Source: Rhina ancylostomus
Taxonomy: Eukaryota
Assembly (NCBI GenBank): GCA_030265395.1
Contig: JARFYF010000029.1
Span: 12,808,494 to 12,872,493 of the forward strand
Length of the DNA stretch: 64,000 nucleotides
Reading direction: 5' to 3'
In this document: piece after piece, positions 24,491 through 36,780 of the stretch
Layout of the letters: each line of letters begins with the position of its first letter
Position numbering within the stretch: position 1 is the stretch's first letter
Translations under genes and position numbers: made by a program
Notes under the pieces: generated by a model
Database searches by the model: none
The model's input: only the letters and a program-made list of their open reading frames with translations
What the model was told of the DNA's origin: nothing

Positions 24491-27400
24491 GTAGCCTAGG
24501 AATGAATGTCAAGGCTGAGAGAGTTGTCCAAATGGGACAAGGTTTGACATTGTATACCTATTGGTCCAGTATCAGGCCTACATTTATTCAATTGGAATAT
24601 AGAAATTGGACTGTTTTTGCTGGAACAAACTTGGAGATTTTTAAATAATACAAGGGTTTATTAAGATGTCTTGAGAAAAGTTTGAGCTGAGTGCGTTCAT
24701 TGAATGAGTTCATTGCCCATGAAGAATCAGTAGGTTGAACTTCACGTGGACAATTTAAGAAAACAGCATGAATATTTCAGCATAGAAAGTGTTTAAAAAA
24801 TATTGATAAATGAAGGAAAAAAATGTATAAACTAAAAACTAAACAAAGGAAGTACAGGACAGTGGATAATGAACAGTGAAGGGAGATTAGATTTGAATTC
24901 AGCTGCTGAAATGTCATCATAGGTTTCATAGAGCAATGGCCTCTTCCAGTGCTGTAAATTTCAGTGGTTCTTTGGTTAAATCATAGATCTACATTTTTGT
25001 TGATTAGCAAATGTGCCATTTGAAATAAAGAGGTCAATGACAACATAAACGTATGTTGGCACACGAATGTGACTCTCCTAAAAACCAAGTTCCAGAAGCA
25101 CCAGATGTAAAAATGCTTGGGAAGGAGGCTGAAATCCAGCTGATACTGTGGCTGAGCAATATAGCAAAGATGATCAAAAAAAAATCATAGAAGTACACAG
25201 TGTTGGCTCTTTTGCATGCAGTTGAATTACAACATGAAGACAATTTGATATATTGCACTGTTGCAGTTGGGCAACAGTGCAGTTGGGCAGAGGGACAGGA
25301 TGATGGTTTTCCAACTGAATCCTTTGTAAGGAATTTTCCATTGCCATGAATTCTACCCAAAATTCTGCATCACACTAATTCAAGCAATCTTGAATTTAAC
25401 ATCCCATTTGGGAAAACACTGGCAAACAATGATTTTGGCCCTCACTCTCTCAGCAGTGCATTCATCGTAGTGTGTGGGTGTCTGCTCAGTTTGTAACAAA
25501 GAACGTATATGTGCTTTTCAGAGAAAACTATTAAGTTGATGTTTAAGCTTATTCTTCCACACAAGGATCTAGAAGAAAGGCTGCTGTGGGGGTGGGAGTG
25601 GTGTGCTGGAGAGGTGGGCTGGCAAATAATGAAGTCTTGATTATTGGTTTCATTTTGCACTTTACTGAATCATCACATCTCTGAAATGAACAAAAGGCAG
25701 TTAGATTATGTAGGAGAAAAAGAGCAGGATTGATTGAACTCAGGACTGATTAAATCTCAGGCTCAGATATTGTGAGTGCTTTATATCAGGTCCAAAAACA
25801 GCATAAATGCATTAGGCACATTTTCTTCACTTTCTTCCCAGGAAGGTTTCTCTTTTTTGGGCAGAAAGTTTGCAGGTGTGTCAAAAATCTGATTAAGATC
25901 CATTCTCTTGATTGTCCATCACCTTACACTATTGATTACTTTTCAGAGCTTCTTCCAAAACCAGGGTGAAAGAGTGACCAGCATTCCACTGACGTGAATT
26001 ATATGCAGAGAGGATCAGATCTTCCACTTAAGTTTCCTCTCATTGAAGTCGAGGGGTAATTACATATAGGGGACATCCCAGGGGACTGATCTGTTCCAAG
26101 ACTCTTTAAGCTTGGTGGGCCTGACGGAGATTGGCAAAAGTGTGAATAGGAGCTTAGGGCAAGGTCAATCATTCCTTTGAGTGGAGAACAGTAACCAGAG
26201 GCACCAAAAGGACTCTAAAGATTCAGCAGCTGGTGTGCACTATAGTTACCAATGATACTGAAGTCTTGCAGAATTCAGGTTGAATCTCTTGAACACTCTT
26301 GTGAGCAGATTTTTGTTTGGATTCTTTTATGAATTATTTATTTTAAAAATTGTAGATCATGGGAGTAGTGTTGAAAGCAAGAGGTGTGAAGACTGGTTGA
26401 CTGGCAGTGAGTTGGCCAACAGAGAGCTTGTTATCTCTCCAAAGGGTGTGGCAAGACAGCGGGCCATAGGAAAAGATCTGTCTGGTGACCAATAGCAGAA
26501 GATTAGGGACAGAATGGTTGCAAGCATCAAGTCACATGATGAACGCTCCAGGAATTGTCCAGTATAGTTGGCAGCACTCTCAGAACAGCAACCAATCTCC
26601 TTTGTCCAGCCTTCTTTCTCGTGTGGGAGCCAACCGGGGGTTCGAGGACAGTATTCAAAAAGGCATTATGTTATTTTAATTTAGTCACTTGATTGTGAGA
26701 ACAACCTGAAGTGGAGGATAAAATTTCTCAAGTGTTCTTAGGTGAAGTAATTACCTATTGTTCTTTGCCCAAGGAGTTAATTCCTTTGTCAAAATGCCAA
26801 TAAAAATTAAATGCAATGGACAATATCTATTCCAGCTGAAAAATACAATTAAATAATCATTAGAGGTTGAATGCAAAAATTCCCAAACCGTTTCAATCCA
26901 TAGACCCATATTCAAATCCAGTCCCAAGCACTCATTTAACAGCCATAATCACAGCATCTAAGCCAGCCATAAATAAAATGAACTGAACAAGATAATATGC
27001 ATTCATCTGTTCACACTCATCTTCTTGTGAATTACCCATTATCGACACTGTAATTATTAACACTTGATTAGCCTTGACCAGTGAGAATCCTTTAATCCTC
27101 CACACCTGTTCTGTATGTAGCCTGTGATCTGCTTTCTTGTCTCTTTATTTTATCTCATGTTAGCATATTGTTTTCTGCCTTTCAATGTATTCACCTCCTT
27201 GTTTTGTTTCTCGTGTCTCCTGTGTTTAAAAATGGAGCATCAGTTTATTCCACAGTCATTTGGTTGGCACAGTGCGAGGGAGGCTGTTGTTATATATTTA
27301 TGTGTATGCAAGCATTGAACTTTCCTTATCCCTCATCAAAAAAATCAGTGGGAACCTCAGAGAATGGATGGAAACAGCAAAAGCTTAAACGGGAGATCGG

Positions 27401-27513
27401 GGAAATCCTGCAGAGAGCACTGGCAACAATGGCCCGAATCTCATCTCCTGAAATCAAATGGGTTGAGATCAGATCAGAATACAAAACCATCCTGTGCTAT
27501 TTAGGTGGATTTA

Positions 27514-27685
27514 GGTGGCACAGTGGCACACCTAATACAGCTGGGACCTCACAGCTCCAGTGGCCTGGGTTCAGTCCCGACCTCGGGTGTTCTCTGTTTG
27601 CACGTTCTCCTTATGATCTCATAGGTTTTCTCTGAATGCCCTGTTTTCCTCCCACAGTCCAAGGACATGCAGGTTGGTAGGTTGC
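27514..27685 (+). mobile_element. HE1/V-type SINE 5' part, interrupted by a Penelope-like terminus
   Basis: ggtggcacagtgg...ctgggttcagtcccgacc...tttgcacgttctcc...tttcctcccacagtccaaggacatgcagg. Confidence 0.75.
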
Positions 27686-27691
27686 AACGCA

Positions 27692-28067
27692 CACAAAATG
27701 CTGGAGGCACTCAGCAGGTCAGGCAGCATCTATGGAGGGAAATAAACAGTTGACATTTCAGGTCGAGACCTTTCATCAGCACCCAAACTCAGAAGGGCAT
27801 GTGAGGAAAATACATTACAAGGAAAACCAATGAGGGAATGGGAATGCTGTTAGAGCCAGCATAGACTTGATAGGCTGACTGGCCACTGTCTGTGTCATAA
27901 GGAAATACAGAAAATATCTGAAGCAGCAATCTACTGACTGACGCAGGGTTTCAGCCCAAAACATCGACCGTTCCTTTCTCCCTACAGATGCTGCTTAACC
28001 CACTGAGTTCCTCCAGCAGATTGTTTGTTCCTTCAGGTTCTAACCTCTGCAGTCTCTCGTGTCTCTG
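27692..28067. mobile_element. Two inverted Penelope-like terminal fragments
   Basis: 27692-27779 and about 27938-28025 are diverged reverse complements. The second is flanked by the 13-bp direct repeat gaaaatatctgaa (27910-27922 and 28068-28080). Confidence 0.6.
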
Positions 28068-28479
28068 GAAAATATCTGAAACAGGAGCAAACTTGCCAAG
28101 AATCTGCCTATTTAATGTGATAGAGGTTGTAACGTCTTCATTTGAGTTTGATTTTTAACCCTAGGAGGGCAGGTTTCCCAAGGCCAGCAGAGGAAAGGAA
28201 GCAGCAAGGCTGAATCCATGAGGCAACTACCTTAACTGTTTAAGGCCCAGGAGGCGTTTTTCCTCCAGGCACAACAGCTACCCAATAACCTCCACTCCTT
28301 TCCTCAGCCACCACCACAGTCAGTCTGCTTCCCACCAGCCAGCACAACCACCACCAGTCACCTTCTAAGAGAGTTAAAGAGATGAAATGATGGATGTGCC
28401 GGGGGGTCAGAGTCAGAGGTGCAAGGAGAAGACATGAAGGGCTGGAGGAGGTTGCAGGGATAGTGGGAAGTGTGGGGGT

Positions 28480-30000
28480 AGGGCGAAGGGTGGAAGTGAT
28501 GGCTTGATGGATCTTGGAAAAAAGATTAGGAGTTTTCAAATCATGGCATTGTTGGGTCAGGAGCCAGTGTAAATCAGCAAGCACATGTGTAAAGAGAGAA
28601 TCTGCCTTGACTTAGGAGTAGGGGAGGTAGCGACTCTCCCAACATCTAAGGAAAGTCTGGATAAGTAGTTGAATCGCTAAAGCAAAGAAGGCAATGGACT
28701 AAGTGCTGGTAAAAGGGATTACTTGATGGTCAGCATGGACGTGGTGGGCCAAAGGGCCTGTTGCTGTTCTGTATAACTCTTTGATTCTAAACTATAGGTG
28801 GTTTCAATTGAGGGCATCTGTATATGGGAGAAGATTGAAGAGCAAGTCTTAAGGAAATGAAACATGGAGAAGATGATGTTAAGGAGGTGAAGTAGGCAGT
28901 TTTAGTAACGGAGATCAACCAGGTCGGTGGATCAAAATTAGCTTTTCGTTATCAATGGTCTGTCTCAACTTCAGACTTGTTCCCGGACTGGGAATGATGG
29001 GCAGGAACTGACTTAGTGCTGAGGACCAAAAATAATGGCTTTGGTATTACCCATATTGAATTTGGGAAAATTTCTGCACATGTAATGTTCAATGTCAGGA
29101 AAGAACATAACAAATCCTAGTCAGTGTAGTGTTCCATGGAGATGGGAGATTCCATGGGATCTGAGAAATAATGCATTCATGTCAACATCCTTGAATGATG
29201 TTGTCGGGTAGCATACAGTTGAGAAATGGAAGAAGACTAAAGAGAGATCGTTGAGGAACTTAAGACATAAAGATGTGCGACTGGGAGTTAAGCCATTCCA
29301 GGTGATATACAGGAATAAAAACAATATGGTCTAGCTTGACATTGGTGGCAAGATTTCAAAGTTGGATAAAATAGTCAAGAGGTATTACAAGGGGAACAGG
29401 GGACTAAAGGTCACCAACATTATGAATTTTGTATGGGTTCTATTGTTTTAGGACCGGTGAGGCAGCAATCAAGTTAGATGTTTTTGAAAATATGGCTGAG
29501 GGAAAGATAAATACAGATTTGAAAGAGATCAACACATTCGAGAACTTTAAAAAGGAAGGTTGTACCTGGAACAATAGTAGTAAGCATGGTCAAGCATGTT
29601 CTTTAAATAGAAGGGAGCTGACGGCATTTTTAACAAAAATGTACCAGAAGAGAAGGAACCAGTAAAATTATCAGATTCTAGGAGTGGGAAGAAAAGCTGA
29701 ATAATCAATGTCTTGGCTGGAATGGGATCAAGTGAATAGGAGGTGGATCTCAGGGAAGATGGGCTTGTAGAGTACAAGGCCAGTGAATGAGCAGAGTGGA
29801 GAAAAAGACATGATTATGGGATGAGTGCATTAGGGAACATTTGTGGTAGTTTGGCCTCATGGCCAAGCAGACGGAAGGGAATCTGTGCAAGCAGATGAAC
29901 CAATCATCTCAGATTTTGAGATGAAAAAGCCATGAACTGCTTGCACCTGTTGTTGGAGGTGGGAATGAAGGAAGAAGGAGGATGATGGTTTATGGGAAAG
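28480..30000 (-). mobile_element. Decayed L2-like LINE, interrupted by a + strand CR1 tail at about 28640-28795
   Basis: MLADLHWLLTQQ (L2 C-terminal LHWL motif) and SYSLDPIPAKTL (L2 LDPIP motif) on the minus strand. Confidence 0.65.
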
Positions 30001-30951
30001 GTCTGTGGTGAAGAGAACTCAGGAGTTATCTTTGCATTCCTGTCTTATACTATTGATGTTTTGCCAAGTGAAAGCAAGGTACAATGATGCTTAATATAAT
30101 CTAGCCAAATTCAGCAGTCCCCACACACCAATAATGTCTGCCCACTTCCCAAACTAAAATAATCCCCCCCCACCCCCGCCATGCTGGGAGTTAGTGGGGA
30201 TGAGGCTCACATGCGTTTTGGGGAGTGCACAGGCAGGACTGAGATTTGACGATTTTTCCTAACAAGGTGAATATTGGTCCTGAAGCTTCGCTCAAAAACT
30301 AGGGCAGACCTCCTTCAATACACGATGGCACATGCTGAAAAATATCAAGGCCAGTGTATCCCTGTTCAACAAAATAGCCTTCCTGGAAAGCCAGTAAACT
30401 GCCCATTTTATTTTAAAAATTTCGAAAGTTGAAGTAACACTTACTATTTGGGCTCTTGGACACCAAGAAATACAACTGCTGCATAAGACTAACGATCCTG
30501 CTGTCTTGAATAAAGGTAGCCAAAGCCAAAGGGCAATGTGTGCTCAACAATCAGTGTTCAACAATTCAGGATTTGTTTTATTTTTAAAGAAGCGCTTTTC
30601 TAGTCATGATGCAAAGCCGTAGTAGAATTGTGACAATTATGTCCAAACATCTCAGTATCGTCACTTGAACCATCCTGTGATCTATCCAGACAATAGGAAG
30701 AAACATTGCAATTCATTCATAGACTCACGCCATTGATTCTGCAAGATTTTGCCCATCTTTACTAACTGATCGTAATTTCACTTTTCATTTCAAATTTTTT
30801 CCTACTCACAAATCACCTACGTAGGAAAGGGCACTCTTTCATTTTTGTACTTTCCCAGGGAATGCATCCATAAGTATCCATTGAAATTCCAAACATGTTT
30901 TATCTATGACTATGACTTTCAAGCCACCAAAGTTAAATGGCAGAACACCCC

Positions 30952-31242
30952 TGTCATGGTTCTGAGTTCTGGCCCTCAATTTGGCTCCATTAATGCACAT
31001 GGATTCCATGCTGGACTGATTAGATAACAATACACACCTGAGCCCCATCAGGGGCCTAGCATAAGANNNNNNNNNNNNNNNNNNNNNNNNNNNNNNNNNN
31101 NNNNNNNNNNNNNNNNNNNNNNNNNNNNNNNNNNNNNNNNNNNNNNNNNNNNNNNNNNNNNNNNNNGAAGTATCCTGACTCCAGTCTTGTATCAGTGTGC
31201 CGCATTTGGGTTCTGAGTTTGCTCTCGATCAACATTGTGACA
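30952..31242. mobile_element. Solo LTR, copy 2 of the same family (contains an N gap)
   Basis: Starts TGTCA, ends TGACA, flanked by 5-bp direct repeat ACCCC (30947-30951 and 31243-31247). Same orientation as copy 1. Confidence 0.85.
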
Positions 31243-31411
31243 ACCCCAGGTGTTCTCCTACCTTGCCAAGATGTTCTGCCACAGGGTAGGGCTCCCCAGC
31301 CTGAGCTAAAGCTCCAAAATAAGTTTAATCTACCACCTTTGTAATATCAAGTAGTTAAAGGCCAAAATGAGCTTCAAAATTATGTAGTTGAACTTTGAAG
31401 GGTCTTTTTCC

Positions 31412-32330
31412 ACATAAGACATAGAACAGTACACCACAGGAACAGGCCCCTTGGCCCACTATGTCTGTGTCAACCATGATGCCAACCTAAACAAATCCTA
31501 TCTGCCTGCACATGGTCCATATCCCTCCATTCCCTACCTTTACATGTATCTTTCTTAATGCCTCTTAAACAATCATATTTGCTTCTACCACCTCCCCTGG
31601 CAGCAAGTTCCAGGCACCTACCACTCTATGTGTAAAAACAAAATTGCCTTACAAGTCTTTAAACTTCCCTCCTCTTACCTTAAACCCATGTTCTCCAGTA
31701 TCTGACATTTCCACTCCGGGAAAAAGACTCTATCTACCCTACCTGTGCCTCTCATAACTGTGTAAACTTCTATTCAGGTCACCCATCAGCCTCTGACCCT
31801 CCAGAGTAAACAATCCAAGTTTGTCCCGCCTCTCCTTTTGGCTAATGTACTCCCATCCAGGTAACCTCTTCTGCACCCTTTCTGAAGTATCCACATCCTT
31901 CCTGCAGTGCGATGACCAGAACAGCGCACAACACTCCAAATGTGGCCTAATTAAAGTTTTATACAGTTGCAAAATGACTTCCCAAGTTTTATACTCAGTG
32001 CCCCAACTGACAAAGTTAAGCATGTCGTACGCCTTCTTTACCACCCTATCCACTTGTGTTGCCACCTTCAGAGGGACTTGAACCCCAAGATCCCTCTGGA
32101 TATCAATGCTCCTAAGAGTTCTGCCATTTACTGTGTACTTTCCTCTTGCATTTGACCTCCTAAAATGCACAACGTTACACTTGTCTGGATTAAATTCCAT
32201 CTGCCATTTCTCCTTCTGAATTTCCAACTCGTCTATATCCTGCTGTATCCTTTGATAACCTTCCTCGCTTTTCACAACTCCTCCGATTTTTGTGTCATCT
32301 GTAAATTTACTCATCAAACCACCTACAATT
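31412..32330 (-). mobile_element. CR1/HER1-like LINE 3' fragment, relatively young
   Basis: ORF 31739-32383 has SKFTDDTKIGG, WQMEFNPDKC, RDLGVQV, LYKTLIRPHLE and KLGLFTLE (CR1 RT C-terminus). The 3' tail is shared with HE1-type SINEs (gggcctgttcctgtg..ctgtt..ctatg). Confidence 0.93.
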
Positions 32331-32739
32331 TCAGGTAGTCCTTTGGTGAACATGAAAGTGCAATGAATTGAAGTCCGCTGCATGTAATATTAAAAAAAAC
32401 CAAAAGCACAAATCCTGTCCAGTTTTAGAGGTAAACAAAGGTATTTTCATTTAGTTTAACCTGCTACAGCTGCAGTCATGATTTGTTAATCTGGAGTTTC
32501 AATTCCAGACATCAAATTCTAGATATTAGTCCCAGAGTTAACATGGTATCAGTCATGTTTTTGCTGTATGATTACTCTAGGGCACAATAGTGCCCTATAA
32601 CTAAATCCTAGAATTGCCTATGCAAAAGTACTGTGAGAGTATCTTCTCCAGAAGGGCTCAGAAGTTCAAGAAGGCATCCCATCACCATCTTCTCTGTACG
32701 AGAGAAGGCACAAAGGAGATTTAAAGCACATTATAAGGA

Positions 32740-33140
32740 CTGCAGCTATGAGAGAAAATTAGTAAATTTGGCTTATTTGTTTTGGAATGCAGGAGGCTGA
32801 GTGGAGACTTAATGGAGGTATATAAAACTAGATTTGGTCTAGTAGACTAAATAGAAAAGATCTATTATCCTTGGTGGAAGGGGTCAAAAACGGGGGAGAG
32901 GCATAAATTTAAAGTAATTGGTGGAGGATTAGAGGGCACATGAGTACAACTGCTTTCACACAGAGGGTGTGGCACCTATTTGCCTATAAGAATAATGGAG
33001 ACTGAAACCCTCGTCATATTTCAAAAGTGCATGCTGTGTGCTTGAAGAGCCATGACTTGCAGAGCTATGGAGCCAGTGCTGGACGGTGGGAATAGGCCCC
33101 TCTTTTCTGGCCAGTGCAGTTGCAACAGGCTGAATTGTAA
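32740..33140 (+). mobile_element. CR1-like 3' end
   Basis: agctatgagagaaaattag...ggaggctgagtggagacttaatggaggtatataaaa (YEERL..LGLFSLE.RRLRGDLIEVYK-like) followed by a typical CR1 3'UTR. Confidence 0.75.
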
Positions 33141-33429
33141 ATTTCCTATGATTTTTCTCAAGGGCATTTAGAAATAGGCAGTAGATCCTGGTATTGTCAG
33201 TGATACTCACATTTTATAAGAGGATTTTTTTTAAATATTCTATCTCTATTAAGCAAGAGATTGACTTTCTTGATGTGGGTTAAGGGGCAAGGAAAATCCT
33301 GGACTCATTTCCTGGTGGATACATACTGATGGATGTAGATAGATAGATATAGATGCCATTGGCTTTGTGCCATGATCAACCTGGGACTCAAAAAAAAACC
33401 CACAAGTTGCTGTTCCCACTTGTTATTTC

Positions 33430-33760
33430 TCAACTGCATTGTGAGGGTGGGTGCAATTTTCTGGGTATGATGTTAAACCAACACCCATTTTTTTTTGTGT
33501 AAGTAAATGCAAGAGTTCCCCATGACGCAATTTGAAGGAAAGCTAGGTGTGCTAGTCAATATTTGTGCCTTGGCCAACACCAGCAAAACAAATTACTAGT
33601 TATTCATTCACCTATTTACTGTTTGTGTGACCTTGATAAGTGAGAATTGTTTGCTACATTTGCCTCTGTAAGAACAAGGTGAGAAAGTGTGTACCGGCTA
33701 TGAAATGCTTGGGGATGTCTCAAAGATCTGGAAGTTACTTAATACTCTGTTCTTTAATTC
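33430..33760 (+). mobile_element. Old Deu-domain SINE
   Basis: tgatgttaaacc...cccatgacgcaatttgaagg...gctagtcaatattt...ctgtttgtgtgaccttg...tgcttggggatgtc. Confidence 0.55.
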
Positions 33761-34792
33761 TAGACTGTGAGCATGTGTAGATGTTCAAGAAGGGCAGGAT
33801 TGAATGTGCTATAAATCTTGGCGTGATTTCAACAGTCACTGTGCAGACTTGCACATGCAGAATTTCATGTGGTGCCAGAGGACTGTCAATATCCTTTAAT
33901 AATTACCACTACACAGACTGCATCACCAGAGAAAAATAAAGAAATATAGTACAGTGGATGCCAAAGAGATACAAACAGTAATCAGACAGAGGAATCCAGA
34001 TGATATCTTCATTCCATAAGAATGAACCTTGGACTGATTAGTCAGGCTGATAAATCATTCCTTACTAGCTGCAATTTTTTTATATATCAGTAATAGATTC
34101 TGCTTTGTTTAATACTGTGGACACGTTCAATTGTAGAACTCTTTGCTGCCAGCTGAGGCTGTCACTGTGCTGCCAACTTTGAGGGACCATTCACTATGAT
34201 ATTCCTTTGATTAAGATACCACTACAGTAACTTAAACATGCAGTTCTCAGCATAATCTCAGCATAAGATAGTCTCGTGTAAAAGTATGAAGCTTATTAAA
34301 CTGGATGATGTGCATACTGTGGAGGCAGAAGTGTTTGTTTGGCTTGATAATGATCTTATAATTAGACAAGTGTCAAATGCTGAAAGCAGGAGGATTGCTG
34401 CACCGATAAATAGAACAGCAGGGTTGTTTGATTGTACTCTTCAGNNNNNNNNNNNNNNNNNNNNNNNNNNNNNNNNNNNNNNNNNNNNNNNNNNNNNNNN
34501 NNNNNNNNNNNNNNNNNNNNNNNNNNNNNNNNNNNNNNNNNNNNNNNNNNNNNNNNNNNNNNNNNNNNNNNNNNNNNNNNNNNNNNNNNNNNNNNCAGCC
34601 AAAGATGGGGGGGGGGGGGGGCATTAATGCTTGGACAGAGAGGTGAAATTTAAGGAGCTTTAAAAAGGGGTGGAGAAATAAGAGGAGATCCAAAAAATCC
34701 CACTGTAAGAATTAATGATTTCTGAACTCCTGCTGAAATCCTCCAGTTTAATGTCTTTAGTGCAATAATTCCTGTCAGGCCACGAGAAGAAA

Positions 34793-34841
34793 CACTGATT
34801 ACTGCAGACGTGTCAGTAGCACTGATTACTGCAGACGTGTC
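34793..34841. repeat. Tandem duplication, 22-bp identical core, 27-bp period
   Basis: cactgattactgcagacgtgtc at 34793 and 34820. Confidence 0.9.
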
Positions 34842-35149
34842 TGATGCAACACTATATTCAATTAGATGGAAGCTACATTTTAAATTTTGCAATAGGAGAA
34901 TTATTTCCATCTTTTTTATGACTTTTTATTCACCAGTTCTTTTTCCTGAGCATCACAACAATCTGTTCGGCAGATAGAAATCATTCTGACCCCTGTTGCA
35001 TCCAGTGGAAATATTTCTTCTGCTGATGAAAGGGTTTTAGATCAAACTGACAAATTGAACGATGCAGTAAATTCTTGAAATCTGAGAATGTCTCTCTGGT
35101 TCAGAGCTATTATTTGGCATGAACCAAAAAAAAGAAAATACACAAGTCC

Positions 35150-35560
35150 ACATGTTGCAGCTGGCCATATGTAGCAGGGAAGGTAGAATTCAGCTAATTA
35201 ATATGGCAGACTTAAACAGGCACCTCATCTGCCAGTGTAGTTAGTTGCCTGTTGGTGCTCAGCAGGAGCTGGTAGCACTTCTCATTCTTTGCTTCTAATG
35301 GTCTGCTGCCCACCTAATTTCGCCTTATTGTCAGTCGCTACTTACCACAGCTTGAGCTCCTCCCTGGAGGCTAAATTATTATCAAAGGATTAAGGAGATG
35401 TAGCCTTGTACCTCTGACATTTCTGCCTCCTTTTCTATGTCAGAACAGTAATTAGCTGTGACTAATTAAGAGAAATGTTCCCACTATTGAAAACTATGCA
35501 GGGAGCCACAGAATAGCAAGGGAGCACTAAGGCTGGGCAGTAGCTGGATTTATTGCACTG
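35150..35560. promoter_or_regulatory. Candidate neural enhancer / conserved non-coding element
   Basis: CAGCTG, CATATG and CATCTG E-boxes, repeated CTAATTA/TAATTAG, ATCAAAG (TCF/LEF) and GGATTA (OTX) within about 400 bp of repeat-free DNA. Confidence 0.4.
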
Positions 35561-36099
35561 AAATAGGAAAGAGAACTAGATCGCCTTTCAATGCAACCAT
35601 TGCAAAAGATTTCTGATATCAGGGTAGCTGTTGCATCATTCTTGCTTGTTTGTGAAGAGCTCAAAGGAAGCTCCACGAGTGAAAACAAATGTTTTTCCTG
35701 TCACTTTCTGCTTGTCAAGTCTCTATTTAGCACCACAGTTGCATGAGCAATTTGTGTTTTGCTCTGTGAACTACACAAAATATTATCTGCTGATCAGTGT
35801 GGGCCCTGTTATTAGAAACTTCCTGCCAGTTTGTCACCATCGTCATTTGGGGTTAAATTCAATAAGGCCTGAAAATTGGGACATGGTTTCCAATGCACGG
35901 TTAACTTGCACCCATTTAGTGGAATACAAACAAGAAGCCAGCTTGGGAGTTTGCTAATTATAGGACTTTTGGGTCCATTCACTGCTGACGATACTGTTCA
36001 TTGGCTGAAGGCTTCAGCAGGGAGCAGGAGATGTGAGGAGCTAACAGCAGTGAAAACTAGCCTACACTTCCTAATGCAAGCCTGCGCCACTTAAAGGAG

Positions 36100-36610
36100 A
36101 GGTCCTTTGTCGGAGGACGACATGGTGACAGGCTTTTGACAAGAGAGCTAATGTGTGTGGTCAAGATAATTGAACCCAGCAACCACACCAGTGGGGTCTC
36201 AACACCATCACCGGCTGCCTTGCAGGANNNNNNNNNNNNNNNNNNNNNNNNNNNNNNNNNNNNNNNNNNNNNNNNNNNNNNNNNNNNNNNNNNNNNNNNN
36301 NNNNNNNNNNNNNNNNNNNNNNNNNNNNNNGTGGTCTTTGTTGAGATTGGCCCCTAAGAGCTCCCAGCAAAACATTCTGAGGTAAACTTTGATTGCTGGA
36401 TGCTTATCAACGTGATGAAAGACACACCCTGGTCTCCCCAAAACTTGTCAGTCTTTCTGTGCATGGAGATATCTGCCAGCGAATGCTGCCCAATGGTATA
36501 TTGCAAAGTGCAGGAGTACATGCTGAGGGACATGTTGAAGCTCAGTACAGCCACCACAAAGGCTCTTTGGGGAAAGACCACAGTGTAGGGCCCTCCCACT
36601 ATTGGGCACT
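36100..36610 (+). mobile_element. Decayed L1/Tx1-clade ORF2 3' fragment (second family)
   Basis: CWMLINVMKDTPWSPQNLSVF...ECC...KVQEYMLRDMLKLSTATTKALWGKTTV* resembles fish and shark Tx1 ORF2 C-termini. Confidence 0.65.
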
Positions 36611-36651
36611 GAGAGGTTGGCCAGACCTTTCATCTGGGCTGTTGAAGGGAT

Positions 36652-36780
36652 CAGATGAAGGGTCTCCACCTGAAACGTCAACTGTTTATTTCCCTCCACA
36701 AATACTGTCTCGCCCACTGAGTCCCTCCAGCATCTTGTTTGCTGCTCCAGATTCCAGCATCTGCAGTCTCTTGTGTCACC
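36652..36780 (+). mobile_element. Penelope-like terminal fragment
   Basis: gatgaagggtctccacctgaaacgtcaactgtttatttccctcc...gattccagcatctgcagtctcttgtgtc. Confidence 0.6.

Noticed and set aside
9947-31242. One giant 21-kb LTR element bounded by the two LTR copies
   Set aside because: Each copy has its own distinct TSD, and there is no gag/pol between them.
32578-32597. 8-bp hairpin tagggcac-aata-gtgcccta
   Set aside because: Short enough to occur by chance in 64 kb.
34793-34841. Direct repeats with a short spacer, CRISPR-like
   Set aside because: Only two units with a 5-bp spacer in vertebrate DNA; a simple tandem duplication.
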